Positions 9,177 through 17,494 of a stretch of 64,000 nucleotides of DNA are shown here, piece by piece (the stretch's first letter is position 1; each line of letters starts with the position of its first letter). The translations under genes and the position numbers were made by a program. The notes beneath the pieces are model-generated. The model was not told where the DNA came from. It saw only the letters and a program-made list of their open reading frames with translations, and ran no database searches. The DNA is taken from positions 1,248,001 to 1,312,000 of the forward strand of contig CBDBMJ010000001.1 in NCBI GenBank assembly GCA_965207455.1, written 5' to 3'. This DNA is from Bdellovibrionota bacterium (GTDB lineage Bacteria > Bdellovibrionota > UBA1018 > CAIPTA01 > JAALKR01).

Positions 9177-10757
9177 ATGTTACTGGAAAAAACACTAAAA
9201 ACGAAAAACCTGTTTTCAGATTTTAAAAAAAGTCCGCTTAAAGGACTAAGTAAGGAAGATCAGCTAAGATTTAAGACCTTTGCCAAAGGAGAGCCGCGTC
9301 AAAGCCCCTACACCTGCATCCATCATGCCTTTGAGGACTATGCCAGGACTCAGCCACATGCAATAGCCATTGAGCACGAAGGTCAATCGATTAGCTATGG
9401 AGAACTAAATGATAGGGCCAATGCTCTTGCTCAATATTTAATTCAAATTGGAGTCCAGCAAGGCGACAACGTTGGATTATTCTTAAACCGTTCTATTGAG
9501 CTTGTGGTTGGTATTCTAGGTGTTCTCAGAACTGGTGCAGCTTATGTACCACAGGACGTGCGCATTGTTCCTGACGTGCAACTTCAATTTATTGCCAAGA
9601 AAGCAAATATTAAAATTATTTTAAGTAAAAAAGAGTTTGCCGATAAATTATCGTTTCATACTAAAACTAAATACTTAGATGAATTGGATTATACGAATAA
9701 CAAAGAACACGTATTTATCTTACAAGGCAAGCAAACTAACTGCTTTATTCTCTTCACTTCAGGAACTACTGGTATGCCCAATGGTGTGCGAATTACCCAT
9801 GGGAATGTCTGCAATATTTTACTGAGTGCTCCTGGAAATTTAGGAATGCGCCCTGGATTGAAGGTTGCACAAATTCTCAATATATCTTTTGATATGTCTG
9901 CTTGGGAAATTTTAGGTGCACTATCTAATGGGGCTAGTTTAATAATCCGCGGGAACTCTATTCAAGAAACTGTGGAAAAAGCAGATATTGTTATTGCCAC
10001 TCCAAGTATATTGGCTAGCTTAGATAGTAAAACTTGCCGACAAGTAAAAACCGTTGCTGTGGCTGGAGAACCTTGCCCCAAACAATTAGCTGATGAGTGG
10101 TCAACATTTTCGCAGTTTTATAACTGTTGTGGTCCAACGGAAACAACCATTGTCAATACCATGCATAATTACAAAGGTTCAAAACAACCCATTTCCATTG
10201 GTAGACCAACACCCAATAATACAGTTTACATTTTAGATAAAAATCTAAAGCCACTACCAATTGGTGAAATTGGAGAAATGTGGGCTGGTGGTGACTGTGT
10301 TAGTGCTGGCTACATCGGCAACAATAGACTCAACTTTGAGCGCTATAAGCCAGATCCATTTTTAGGTAATGGTCGAAAAATGTTCCGAACGCGTGATTTT
10401 GGTCGCTGGAATAAAAATGGTGAGTTAGAGCATTTTGGCAGAACAGATGATCAAGTAAAAATTAGAGGATTTCGTATAGAACTAGATTCTGTTTCAACTG
10501 CACTAGAGTCTATAAAATCTTGCCACCAAGCAGTTACACTTAAGCTTGATGACCGAAAATTAGTTGCTTTCATTCGCCCCAGCACAGTAAACATTGAAGA
10601 AGCTAAAATAGCTGTAGAAACAAAGCTTTCCTACTACTGCTTGCCTTCACTTATCATTCCAATGGATGCATTTCCTAAAACCGACAGAGGAAAAATCAAT
10701 AAAAGAGAGTTAACTGTCCTAGCCGCTCAAAAACAAGAGGAGGCAAAAAATGCTTAG
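9177..10757 (+). CDS. Stand-alone NRPS-type amino-acid adenylation domain protein (no PCP or C domain)
   Basis: SYGELN, GAAYVP, FTSGTTGMPNG, SFDMS, AGE, GPTETT, GEIGEM, GRTDDQVKIRGFRIEL, GKI. The protein ends right after the A10 motif. Confidence 0.9.
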   Translation: MLLEKTLKTKNLFSDFKKSPLKGLSKEDQLRFKTFAKGEPRQSPYTCIHHAFEDYARTQPHAIAIEHEGQSISYGELNDRANALAQYLIQIGVQQGDNVGLFLNRSIELVVGILGVLRTGAAYVPQDVRIVPDVQLQFIAKKANIKIILSKKEFADKLSFHTKTKYLDELDYTNNKEHVFILQGKQTNCFILFTSGTTGMPNGVRITHGNVCNILLSAPGNLGMRPGLKVAQILNISFDMSAWEILGALSNGASLIIRGNSIQETVEKADIVIATPSILASLDSKTCRQVKTVAVAGEPCPKQLADEWSTFSQFYNCCGPTETTIVNTMHNYKGSKQPISIGRPTPNNTVYILDKNLKPLPIGEIGEMWAGGDCVSAGYIGNNRLNFERYKPDPFLGNGRKMFRTRDFGRWNKNGELEHFGRTDDQVKIRGFRIELDSVSTALESIKSCHQAVTLKLDDRKLVAFIRPSTVNIEEAKIAVETKLSYYCLPSLIIPMDAFPKTDRGKINKRELTVLAAQKQEEAKNA

Positions 10758-12114
10758 TCAAACCATCACATCAACGATAAAAAATACAAACGCTGTGGAG
10801 CTTGTGAATCAGGAAAGCTCCGCCCTACCTCCAAAGAAATCATTCCTATATAGGCTCAGTAAGGATCCTCTATGCATGCCCTACAACCGTCTAGCTATAT
10901 TTATTTTTGCTGCCAATGCTATAATTTTTACCACACTAGCAAGCACTTTTTCATTTTCTGGGCATGGCATAACGATAGATACGATTCTAAAACTTTGTCT
11001 GGCTAATTTCAGCATTGCTATTTTAATCCGACAGCAATATGTGGTTAATTTACTTTTTAAAGTAGCAACAAGCGCTCCACTGACTTGGCCCCTTAGTATT
11101 CGATGGGCTTTAGCTAAGGTGTATCACTTTGGTGGTATTCATGTAGGTGCTTACTTCTCAGGCAGTCTGTGGTTTGCTCTTTTCACATTAGCTTGTCAAA
11201 ATAGCACCGGCCATTGGGCTAATGTAAAGCTAATGTCTATTTTTCACTTAGCAATACTACTTGGCATAATGTGCGTATCCTTGCCAGCCTTTCGTCAGCG
11301 TCACCATAACCAGTTTGAAGTAATTGCTCGCTTTGGTAACTGGACTTCTTTAGCGTTGTTTTGGGCACAAACCATTCTCATTATTAAAATGAATAGCCAA
11401 GGTTCTTTGGCACTGGCACTGTTAGAGTCACCTTATATTTGGATTTTAAGTTTACTTACCTTCAGTGTAGCTCTACCTTGGTTGCGATTAAAAAAGGTAA
11501 ATATCGACTTATCAACTCCTTCCAATCATGTGGCATTAACTAGCTTTAATCATGGAGTCACACCCTTTGCTGGCTCATCCACTGAACTAAGTGTAAACCC
11601 ACTTTTTGAGTGGCATTCGTTTGCGAATATCAATACTCCTAACAAAGAAGGGTTTCGTTTAGCTATTTCACGTGCAGGTGACTGGACTGGTCGACTCATC
11701 GATAAAAAGCCAAAAAATATTTGGGTGAAAGGAATTCCAACCGCTGGTGTGGGCAATGTGGAGCTTTTATTCAAAAAAGTTATTTGGCTTGCCACAGGAA
11801 GTGGTCTAGGACCTTGTTTGCCCCATATCTTAGCCAACAATGTTCCTTCACAACTGGTTTGGTCCACTCGAACACCTCGTAAAACTTATGGCGATACCCT
11901 TGTTAATGAAATTTTAGCAGTACAAAAAGATGCAATTATTTGGGACACCACCGAGAAAGGAAAACCAAATTTAGTAGAACTGGCCTACAAAGCTTATCGA
12001 GACAGTGGTGCAGAAGCTATCATTTGTATTTCTAACAAAAGAACAACTTGGAATATGAAAAAAGAGCTGGAAGGCAGAGGAATCCCAGTATTGGGAGCAA
12101 TTTGGGATTCATAA
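10750..12114 (+). CDS. Ferric-reductase/NOX-like membrane protein (about 6 TM plus FAD/NAD(P)-binding domain), TmpL-like
   Basis: TM helices, then EWHSFA (FAD motif), AGDWT and ATGSGLGP (NAD(P) motif). Overlaps the upstream gene by 8 bp. Confidence 0.75.
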   Translation: MLSQTITSTIKNTNAVELVNQESSALPPKKSFLYRLSKDPLCMPYNRLAIFIFAANAIIFTTLASTFSFSGHGITIDTILKLCLANFSIAILIRQQYVVNLLFKVATSAPLTWPLSIRWALAKVYHFGGIHVGAYFSGSLWFALFTLACQNSTGHWANVKLMSIFHLAILLGIMCVSLPAFRQRHHNQFEVIARFGNWTSLALFWAQTILIIKMNSQGSLALALLESPYIWILSLLTFSVALPWLRLKKVNIDLSTPSNHVALTSFNHGVTPFAGSSTELSVNPLFEWHSFANINTPNKEGFRLAISRAGDWTGRLIDKKPKNIWVKGIPTAGVGNVELLFKKVIWLATGSGLGPCLPHILANNVPSQLVWSTRTPRKTYGDTLVNEILAVQKDAIIWDTTEKGKPNLVELAYKAYRDSGAEAIICISNKRTTWNMKKELEGRGIPVLGAIWDS

Positions 12115-12129
12115 AATAAGGAGAAAATT

Positions 12130-12909
12130 ATGAAATTGAATACATTAATTTTAGAAGAAAAAAAGAATATTATAAAAATTACGATCAATCGAGAGGCCAA
12201 GCTAAATGCTCTATCACAAGAAGTATTTGCTGAATTGGATCAAGTCTTAAAGGATACGGCAAAAAAACCATACCTTAAGGGGCTCATAATTACGGGAGCA
12301 GGTGAGAAAGCATTTGTGGCAGGGGCAGATATTAGTGAAATGGCTCAAATGAATCCAGAAGAAGGTGAGGCGTATGCAGCTAAAGCACAAGCTGTTACAG
12401 AGTTTATTGAGAACCTTCCCTTTCCCGTTGTTGCCTGTGTAAATGGTTATGCCCTTGGTGGTGGATGTGAGTTAGCCATGGCTTGCGACACAATCTATGC
12501 CAGCGAAAATGCTATTTTCGGTCAACCAGAGGTAAAGCTTGGACTTATTCCAGGCTTTGGTGGCTGTGTCCGCTTAATTCGCTATGTGGGTTTAGCAAAA
12601 GCCAAGGAACTCATTTATTCCGGCAAAAGCATTAGTGCTAAAGAGGCAAGCACGCTTGGCCTCGTGAGCAGGGTTTTCACAAATAAACAGCAGATGCTTA
12701 GCGAAGCAGAGTGCTTTTTAGAAAATACAGCAAAAAATTCCATGCAAGCTATTTCTCAATGCAAACAAGTTATAAACAGTACATTTGGCTGTTCCACGGC
12801 TGAAGCTTTAGAGATAGAAAGAAAAAAATTTCGTAAAGTTTTTGCTACAGAAGATAAACTGGAGGGTATAGATGCCTTTTTAAATAAACGAAGTGCAAAC
12901 TTCCATTAA
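12130..12909 (+). CDS. Enoyl-CoA hydratase (crotonase family)
   Basis: AFVAGADI, NGYALGGGCELA, FGQPEVKLGLIPGFGG. RBS aaggag. Confidence 0.93.
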   Translation: MKLNTLILEEKKNIIKITINREAKLNALSQEVFAELDQVLKDTAKKPYLKGLIITGAGEKAFVAGADISEMAQMNPEEGEAYAAKAQAVTEFIENLPFPVVACVNGYALGGGCELAMACDTIYASENAIFGQPEVKLGLIPGFGGCVRLIRYVGLAKAKELIYSGKSISAKEASTLGLVSRVFTNKQQMLSEAECFLENTAKNSMQAISQCKQVINSTFGCSTAEALEIERKKFRKVFATEDKLEGIDAFLNKRSANFH

Positions 12910-13141
12910 GTAAGAGTCAATAAATTTCTAACTCAAAAACCACAAATCATTGTGGCTGGTGAACTGCGGAATTTTATCATCGAAACTACTGTATTTTTGT
13001 TCAATTATTGATGATAAAATCACAATAATAATTTTTTTCTTTGAAAAATAATTGACTCTAATAAATTTTCATTTATAGTTGAAAAAAGATGCATGGTGTA
13101 TCTCTTAAATAAAATAACAAAAAAATAAAAAGGAAAATATT

Positions 13142-13660
13142 ATGAAAAACATGAAAACTATATTAATGGCAGCGAGCTTAACCGTGGCTCTATTCTAAAA
13201 TCCCGCTCTAGCACGTGATAAGGAAAGGTATCTAGACTTTAAATGTCCCTCTGTGAGTTCACCTGAAGACTATAGAATCTCAATAAAGTTGTACTATAAT
13301 GACTCAAAACCTCGAGAGGGGTTGCCCATCTCAGCATAAAAGACTATTTCGATCGTCGCAGGTTTAGTCGTTGTGATATTATCTGATCAAATGAGGATCC
13401 AAATTTTAAAAACAAAGGTGAGCGCTATATTCTTCCTGTTGTTATGCACTGTAAGAGAAATCCCGAGGGACTCTATGATGAAGGAATGTTTAATTTAGAT
13501 TTAACGAAGGGTGCAAGAAGCGCATCAGTAAATATACCAGATCCAACAGCCCATAATACATTTGATCATTATCTTTATTACTGGAGGTCAACCCGGCGGT
13601 AAATGGGTTAGAAGCAGAACAAAAATTCATAATTGCAAAGCAACATTGTGGCAAGAATAA
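13142..13660 (+). pseudogene. Degraded secreted-protein gene
   Basis: RBS, then MKNMKTILMAASLTVALF*NPALA, a signal peptide broken by TAA at 13196. Further stops and frameshifts follow, then a terminator. Confidence 0.55.
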
Positions 13661-13686
13661 AGCCAAGCACTTAACATAACAATACT

Positions 13687-13726
13687 AAATCCTCTGCCTA
13701 GCAATAGGCAGAGGATTTTTTCTTTT
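13687..13726 (+). terminator. Rho-independent terminator
   Basis: Perfect 14-bp stem aaatcctctgccta-gcaa-taggcagaggattt followed by a T run. Confidence 0.85.
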
Positions 13727-13830
13727 ATGTCTTATCTGAATATTAAAAACTAAATCACAGTAGAAAAAAAATATTTTAGTAGTATGAACCCCGTATCACC
13801 AAAAAGTTATTTAAGTGATATAATTTGATC

Positions 13831-14388
13831 TTAGTTCCCATTTGCGCAGTCTCTCCCCAAAATGCTAGTTACACCGTCAGAACAAGTGAGTGCAAAATTA
13901 ACATAAATATTATCAAATATGCCGTCAGAAGTCCTCAAAGCGGAAACATCCCAACCAGATAAATTGAGAGACTCTAAACTCGAAGCATGAGAAAACATTG
14001 AACTCATATTTATTACACTAGAGGTAACAAAATTAGACAGGTCAAGAGACTCTAAACTCGAAACATAAAAAAACATTGATCTCATACTCATTACAGTAGA
14101 GGTAACAAAATTAGACAGGTCAAGAGATTCTAAACTCGAAGCATGAGAAAACATATGCTGCATATCTTTTACACTAGAGGTAACAAAATTAGACAGATCA
14201 AGAGACTCTAAACTCGAAACATGAGAAAACATATATTGCATATTCGTTACACTAGAGGTAACAAAATTAGACAGGTCAAGAGACTCTAAACTCGAAGAAT
14301 AAGAAAACATATACTGCATACTCGTTACACTAGAGGTAACAAAATTAGACAGATCAAGAGACTCTAAACTCGAAGTATAAGAAAACAT
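13831..14388 (-). pseudogene. 5'-truncated DUF285/BspA-type LRR repeat protein (C-terminal fragment)
   Basis: Five full plus one terminal 26-aa repeats (MFSxxSSLESLDLSNFVTSSVxxMxx). Cys-containing C-cap like those of the genes at 48290 and 51625. Begins mid-repeat with no signal peptide or RBS. Confidence 0.8.
13960..14388 (-). repeat. 78-bp coding tandem repeat (about 5.5 units)
   Basis: Recurring blocks gagactctaaactcgaa and gaggtaacaaaattagacag with a 78-nt period. Confidence 0.9.
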
Positions 14389-14396
14389 TAGCGAAA

Positions 14397-14744
14397 ATGA
14401 ATCATATGGTTATCTATACTGCGATGATAGAAGAAACAAGAAAGTTTTGGGACTCTGTTTTATTATGTGAGAATGAATCAAGTAAAATGAAGCATCTCCA
14501 TTATGAGGTTGGACCTTTTATAGTAATGTTTAACGAAAACAAGGAGGCAGAACGAAATCTACTAAATGTAATTGGACATATAGGTTTTGAATTTGAGAAT
14601 AGGAGCCATATTGACTCTGAATTTGAAAGAATTTGAATAAAAAAACCTATTGGGGGCGTGAAACAGGATCCCTACCGATTTTATATCGACGACCCAAATG
14701 GAATTAAAATTGAATTTGAAACATGGGAAGGATGTTTAGAGTAA
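14397..14744 (+). pseudogene. VOC/glyoxalase-family gene interrupted by one in-frame TGA (14634-14636)
   Basis: MNHMVIY...GHIGFEF...I*IKKP...YRFYIDDPNGIKIEF in a single frame (116 codons). Confidence 0.75.
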
Positions 14745-14910
14745 CTGTTAAATCGAGGAAGAATTTTCATCAACGTCGGCCGGTTCGAGAGCCTGTAAGT
14801 TATTTTGTGTAACTGCGGTTTTAGCACCAAATCAACTCTCATCGTCAATGAAAAGTTAATTCAACTGCCGCTTCTATTTTTTTCCAGCAGCATTAACTGC
14901 TAGAAAATTA

Positions 14911-14939
14911 TTTATATCAAATCCATCTCTCCGTGTCAA
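14911..14939 (-). promoter_or_regulatory. Outward-facing sigma70-type promoter inside the IS 3' tail
   Basis: TTGACA-N17-TATAAA on the minus strand. Confidence 0.65.
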
Positions 14940-15107
14940 TCATGAAATTAAAAAAAATGTAAAATCTTAACGGGTAATAGCTTTCACTAAGTGAGTTTTA
15001 AGCAAAAACCATACAACCCCCTGGAACCCAAGGGGTAGTTTTTAGATAGCGAAGACTAGCTAAATAATTTATATTTTACTTCAAGCGAAAGGTTACTCTC
15101 TTTTGCC

Positions 15108-16310
15108 TCAGAGATCGAACCTGCCTTCATATTCAATTGCAAATCGGTTCATTGCTAAAGGCCAATTATGCAATGGCATTGTCCATTTACGAGATGCCTG
15201 TTGTGTTGCTAAATAAATTAACTTTAAAGCAGACCCATCGTTTGGAAATATTTTTCTATTCCTAATGCTCTTACGGATAACACTGTTTAAAGACTCTATC
15301 GCATTCGTTGTATAGATAACTTTTCTGATCTCATAGGGATAATCAAAAATAGAAATTAAATTTTCCCAATTATTCCTCCAAGAACGCTCTATCTGAGGAT
15401 ATTTATCCGACCATTTTTTCCCAAATGCATCTAGCGCTGTCTGGGCAGCTTCCAGTGTTGGAGCACCGTAAATTGCTTTTAGATCCTTAGCTACTGCCTT
15501 CTTATCTTTTGAGGGCACATATCGAAAAGAATTACGCATCATATGGACGATACATAACTGTATCTTAGCCTTAGGAAATGCCGTTGTAATTGCTTCCGGA
15601 AAACCAGTTAGACCGTCTACACAAACAATAAAAATATCCTTAACTCCTCGGTTCTGCAAATCTGTTAAAACACTTAACCAAAATTTAGCTCCTTCTTCAC
15701 CTGCAATCCAAAGACCAAGGAGTTCCTTGTGTCCCGACTGTGTAACTCCCAATGCAAGATAGACCGATTTATTTCTTACACGACCACTCTCATGAACTTT
15801 CACGACTATACAATCAAGGTATAGTATGGGGTATACCTTATCTAGGGAGCGACTCTGCCATTCCTTAACGGTATCTATAACTGCATCTGTGACATTAGAG
15901 ATAACCGTATGGGATATTTCTGCCCCACCATAGAGTTCCTTAATTGTTTCCTGAACATCTCGTGTGGTCATACCTCGGCTATACAGAGCCAGTATAGTGT
16001 CCTCAAAGCCCTCTAAGCGAGTTTTCCCTTTTGGGATAACTTTAGGCTCAAATGAGGCGTCTCTGTCTCTAGGAGTGCTCAAATCAAGCTCACCCTTATC
16101 ACATTTTATCGTTTTTGAGCTGTAACCATTGCGAGTATTCTTTCTTCGATTACCCAATTTATCATTTCTCTCATAGCCCAGGTGATCATCTAACTCTGCA
16201 TTGAGCGCAGATTCAAAAATCGTCTTTGTTAGCTGACCCATGATCCCTGAAATATCTTTTTGTGTTTTTACACCCCTGGCAAGTTCTTTGCCTATCGCAT
16301 CAATATCCAT
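15108..16310 (-). CDS. IS256-family DDE transposase
   Basis: RNGY, PRDR..F.P, LYSRGMTTRD, YLDCI, VDGLTGF, QLCIVH, YTTNAIESLN. Probable start ATG 16310 with RBS aaggag. Confidence 0.96.
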   Translation of the reverse strand: MDIDAIGKELARGVKTQKDISGIMGQLTKTIFESALNAELDDHLGYERNDKLGNRRKNTRNGYSSKTIKCDKGELDLSTPRDRDASFEPKVIPKGKTRLEGFEDTILALYSRGMTTRDVQETIKELYGGAEISHTVISNVTDAVIDTVKEWQSRSLDKVYPILYLDCIVVKVHESGRVRNKSVYLALGVTQSGHKELLGLWIAGEEGAKFWLSVLTDLQNRGVKDIFIVCVDGLTGFPEAITTAFPKAKIQLCIVHMMRNSFRYVPSKDKKAVAKDLKAIYGAPTLEAAQTALDAFGKKWSDKYPQIERSWRNNWENLISIFDYPYEIRKVIYTTNAIESLNSVIRKSIRNRKIFPNDGSALKLIYLATQQASRKWTMPLHNWPLAMNRFAIEYEGRFDL

Positions 16311-16406
16311 AACTACTTTCTCCTTCTGATGATTCATCATACCATTTGATGATTCCACCATATTATAAGTTAAGCAGTTACACAATTTACTTTACAGGCT
16401 CATTTT

Positions 16407-17189
16407 TTATTTACAAATCTCTTTTAAAATTATGTTTTCATTTTTCTGAATCTTTTTTATTTCAAGATATCTTTTACATTCCTTAGAGCTTGCCGGGTCT
16501 TTTTTACTCCATAAGCCAATAATTTTTTTATTCTTTTCAGTAATAATTCCATATTTTGGGTAAGTGGTATCCATATAAAGATAAATTCTAGCAATATCTC
16601 CTCGAATTTCATTTCTTGGCTCTACTATCTTTTTAGATTTATCAATTTCAATATCGCAGTTCCCAAAATTTCTAGCCTCTCCATTAATTTCTGATATATC
16701 GTAATTGCTTCTTATAGCATTGACTTGACCGATGGAAGGAACAAGATTATAAAGATCTGCCTCCATAAGCTGAAAAGTTGTATTAACTTTACTTAGGCAT
16801 TTCCTTCCTTTATAAGTTTCTTTTCGTTTTTTTCTCGCACATTTCTCATGACCATTTGTCCATTCTATAAAATTCTTTCCAAAAACAGAGGCTGGAACAA
16901 TATGCTCCCATTCTATTCTATTTGCCCTATTTTTGTACTTTTTATGAATTTTATAACCACATATAGTAAAATCTACTTTCCCATTTAAAGAATACTCACA
17001 AGAGCAATAAAAGGTTTCTCTCCCTAGAATTTTATAAATTTCTTTTAATCTTGTCTTTGCAGAACCAAAATTTTTTACTGTTTTATTTTTTTCAGGAATT
17101 ATATTTTTAATAATCTTTGATTTTTTCTCTATAAAAGAAGAACAAGCACTTAATGATAAGAGTAAGAAAATTATGATTATTTTACTCAA
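16407..17189 (-). CDS. Endonuclease I (EndA/Dns family), lipoprotein signal
   Basis: FYCSC, IEWEHIVPAS, MEADLYNLVPSIGQVNAIRSN, RGDIARIYLYM. Lipobox LSAC. Confidence 0.9.
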   Translation of the reverse strand: MSKIIIIFLLLSLSACSSFIEKKSKIIKNIIPEKNKTVKNFGSAKTRLKEIYKILGRETFYCSCEYSLNGKVDFTICGYKIHKKYKNRANRIEWEHIVPASVFGKNFIEWTNGHEKCARKKRKETYKGRKCLSKVNTTFQLMEADLYNLVPSIGQVNAIRSNYDISEINGEARNFGNCDIEIDKSKKIVEPRNEIRGDIARIYLYMDTTYPKYGIITEKNKKIIGLWSKKDPASSKECKRYLEIKKIQKNENIILKEICK

Positions 17190-17494
17190 AGAGAACCCTT
17201 CAATATTATTTTTTTAAATTAAATTCACTTAATTAATTTAACACGATTCTTATTAAACTGTGTAAAAAAATAGAATCATCTTTAATAAAAATGACTCTAT
17301 TAACGTGTAATTTCATAAGACCTATAAATTATCGTTATTGACAGAAAGAGATTAAAGAAAGAACCGTACCTTTATTACACGATATAATTAATAAAGTTAA
17401 ATTTCAAAGAAGGAGAGATATTAAAAATGCTTAAAATATTTATAAATAAAATATTTTTGTTAATATTTTTAATATATTTGCCGAAGTTAATTTT

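Larger units (their letters stand above)
14789..16401 (-). mobile_element. IS256-family insertion sequence (1613 bp)
   Basis: 28-bp terminal inverted repeats gagcctgtaagttattttgtgtaactgc (14789-14816) and 16374-16401, 24/28 match. Encloses a transposase. No flanking direct repeat. Confidence 0.93.

Noticed and set aside
13960..14388. Regular repeats with variable intervening sequence, superficially CRISPR-like
   Set aside because: The period is exactly 78 nt in one open frame encoding DUF285 repeats. The variable parts are related to each other, and there are no cas genes.
14770..14788. gtcggccggttcga resembling a tRNA T-arm (possible distal att site)
   Set aside because: Wrong orientation and sequence relative to tRNA-Leu(CAA); too short and no cloverleaf.
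4572..14788. Integron cassette array
   Set aside because: No repeated attC-type RYYYAAC...GTTRRRY structures, and the integrase is a tRNA-targeting type paired with xis, not IntI-like.
16311..16385. ORF-track N-terminal extension of the transposase
   Set aside because: Starts inside the terminal inverted repeat; ATG 16310 has an RBS.
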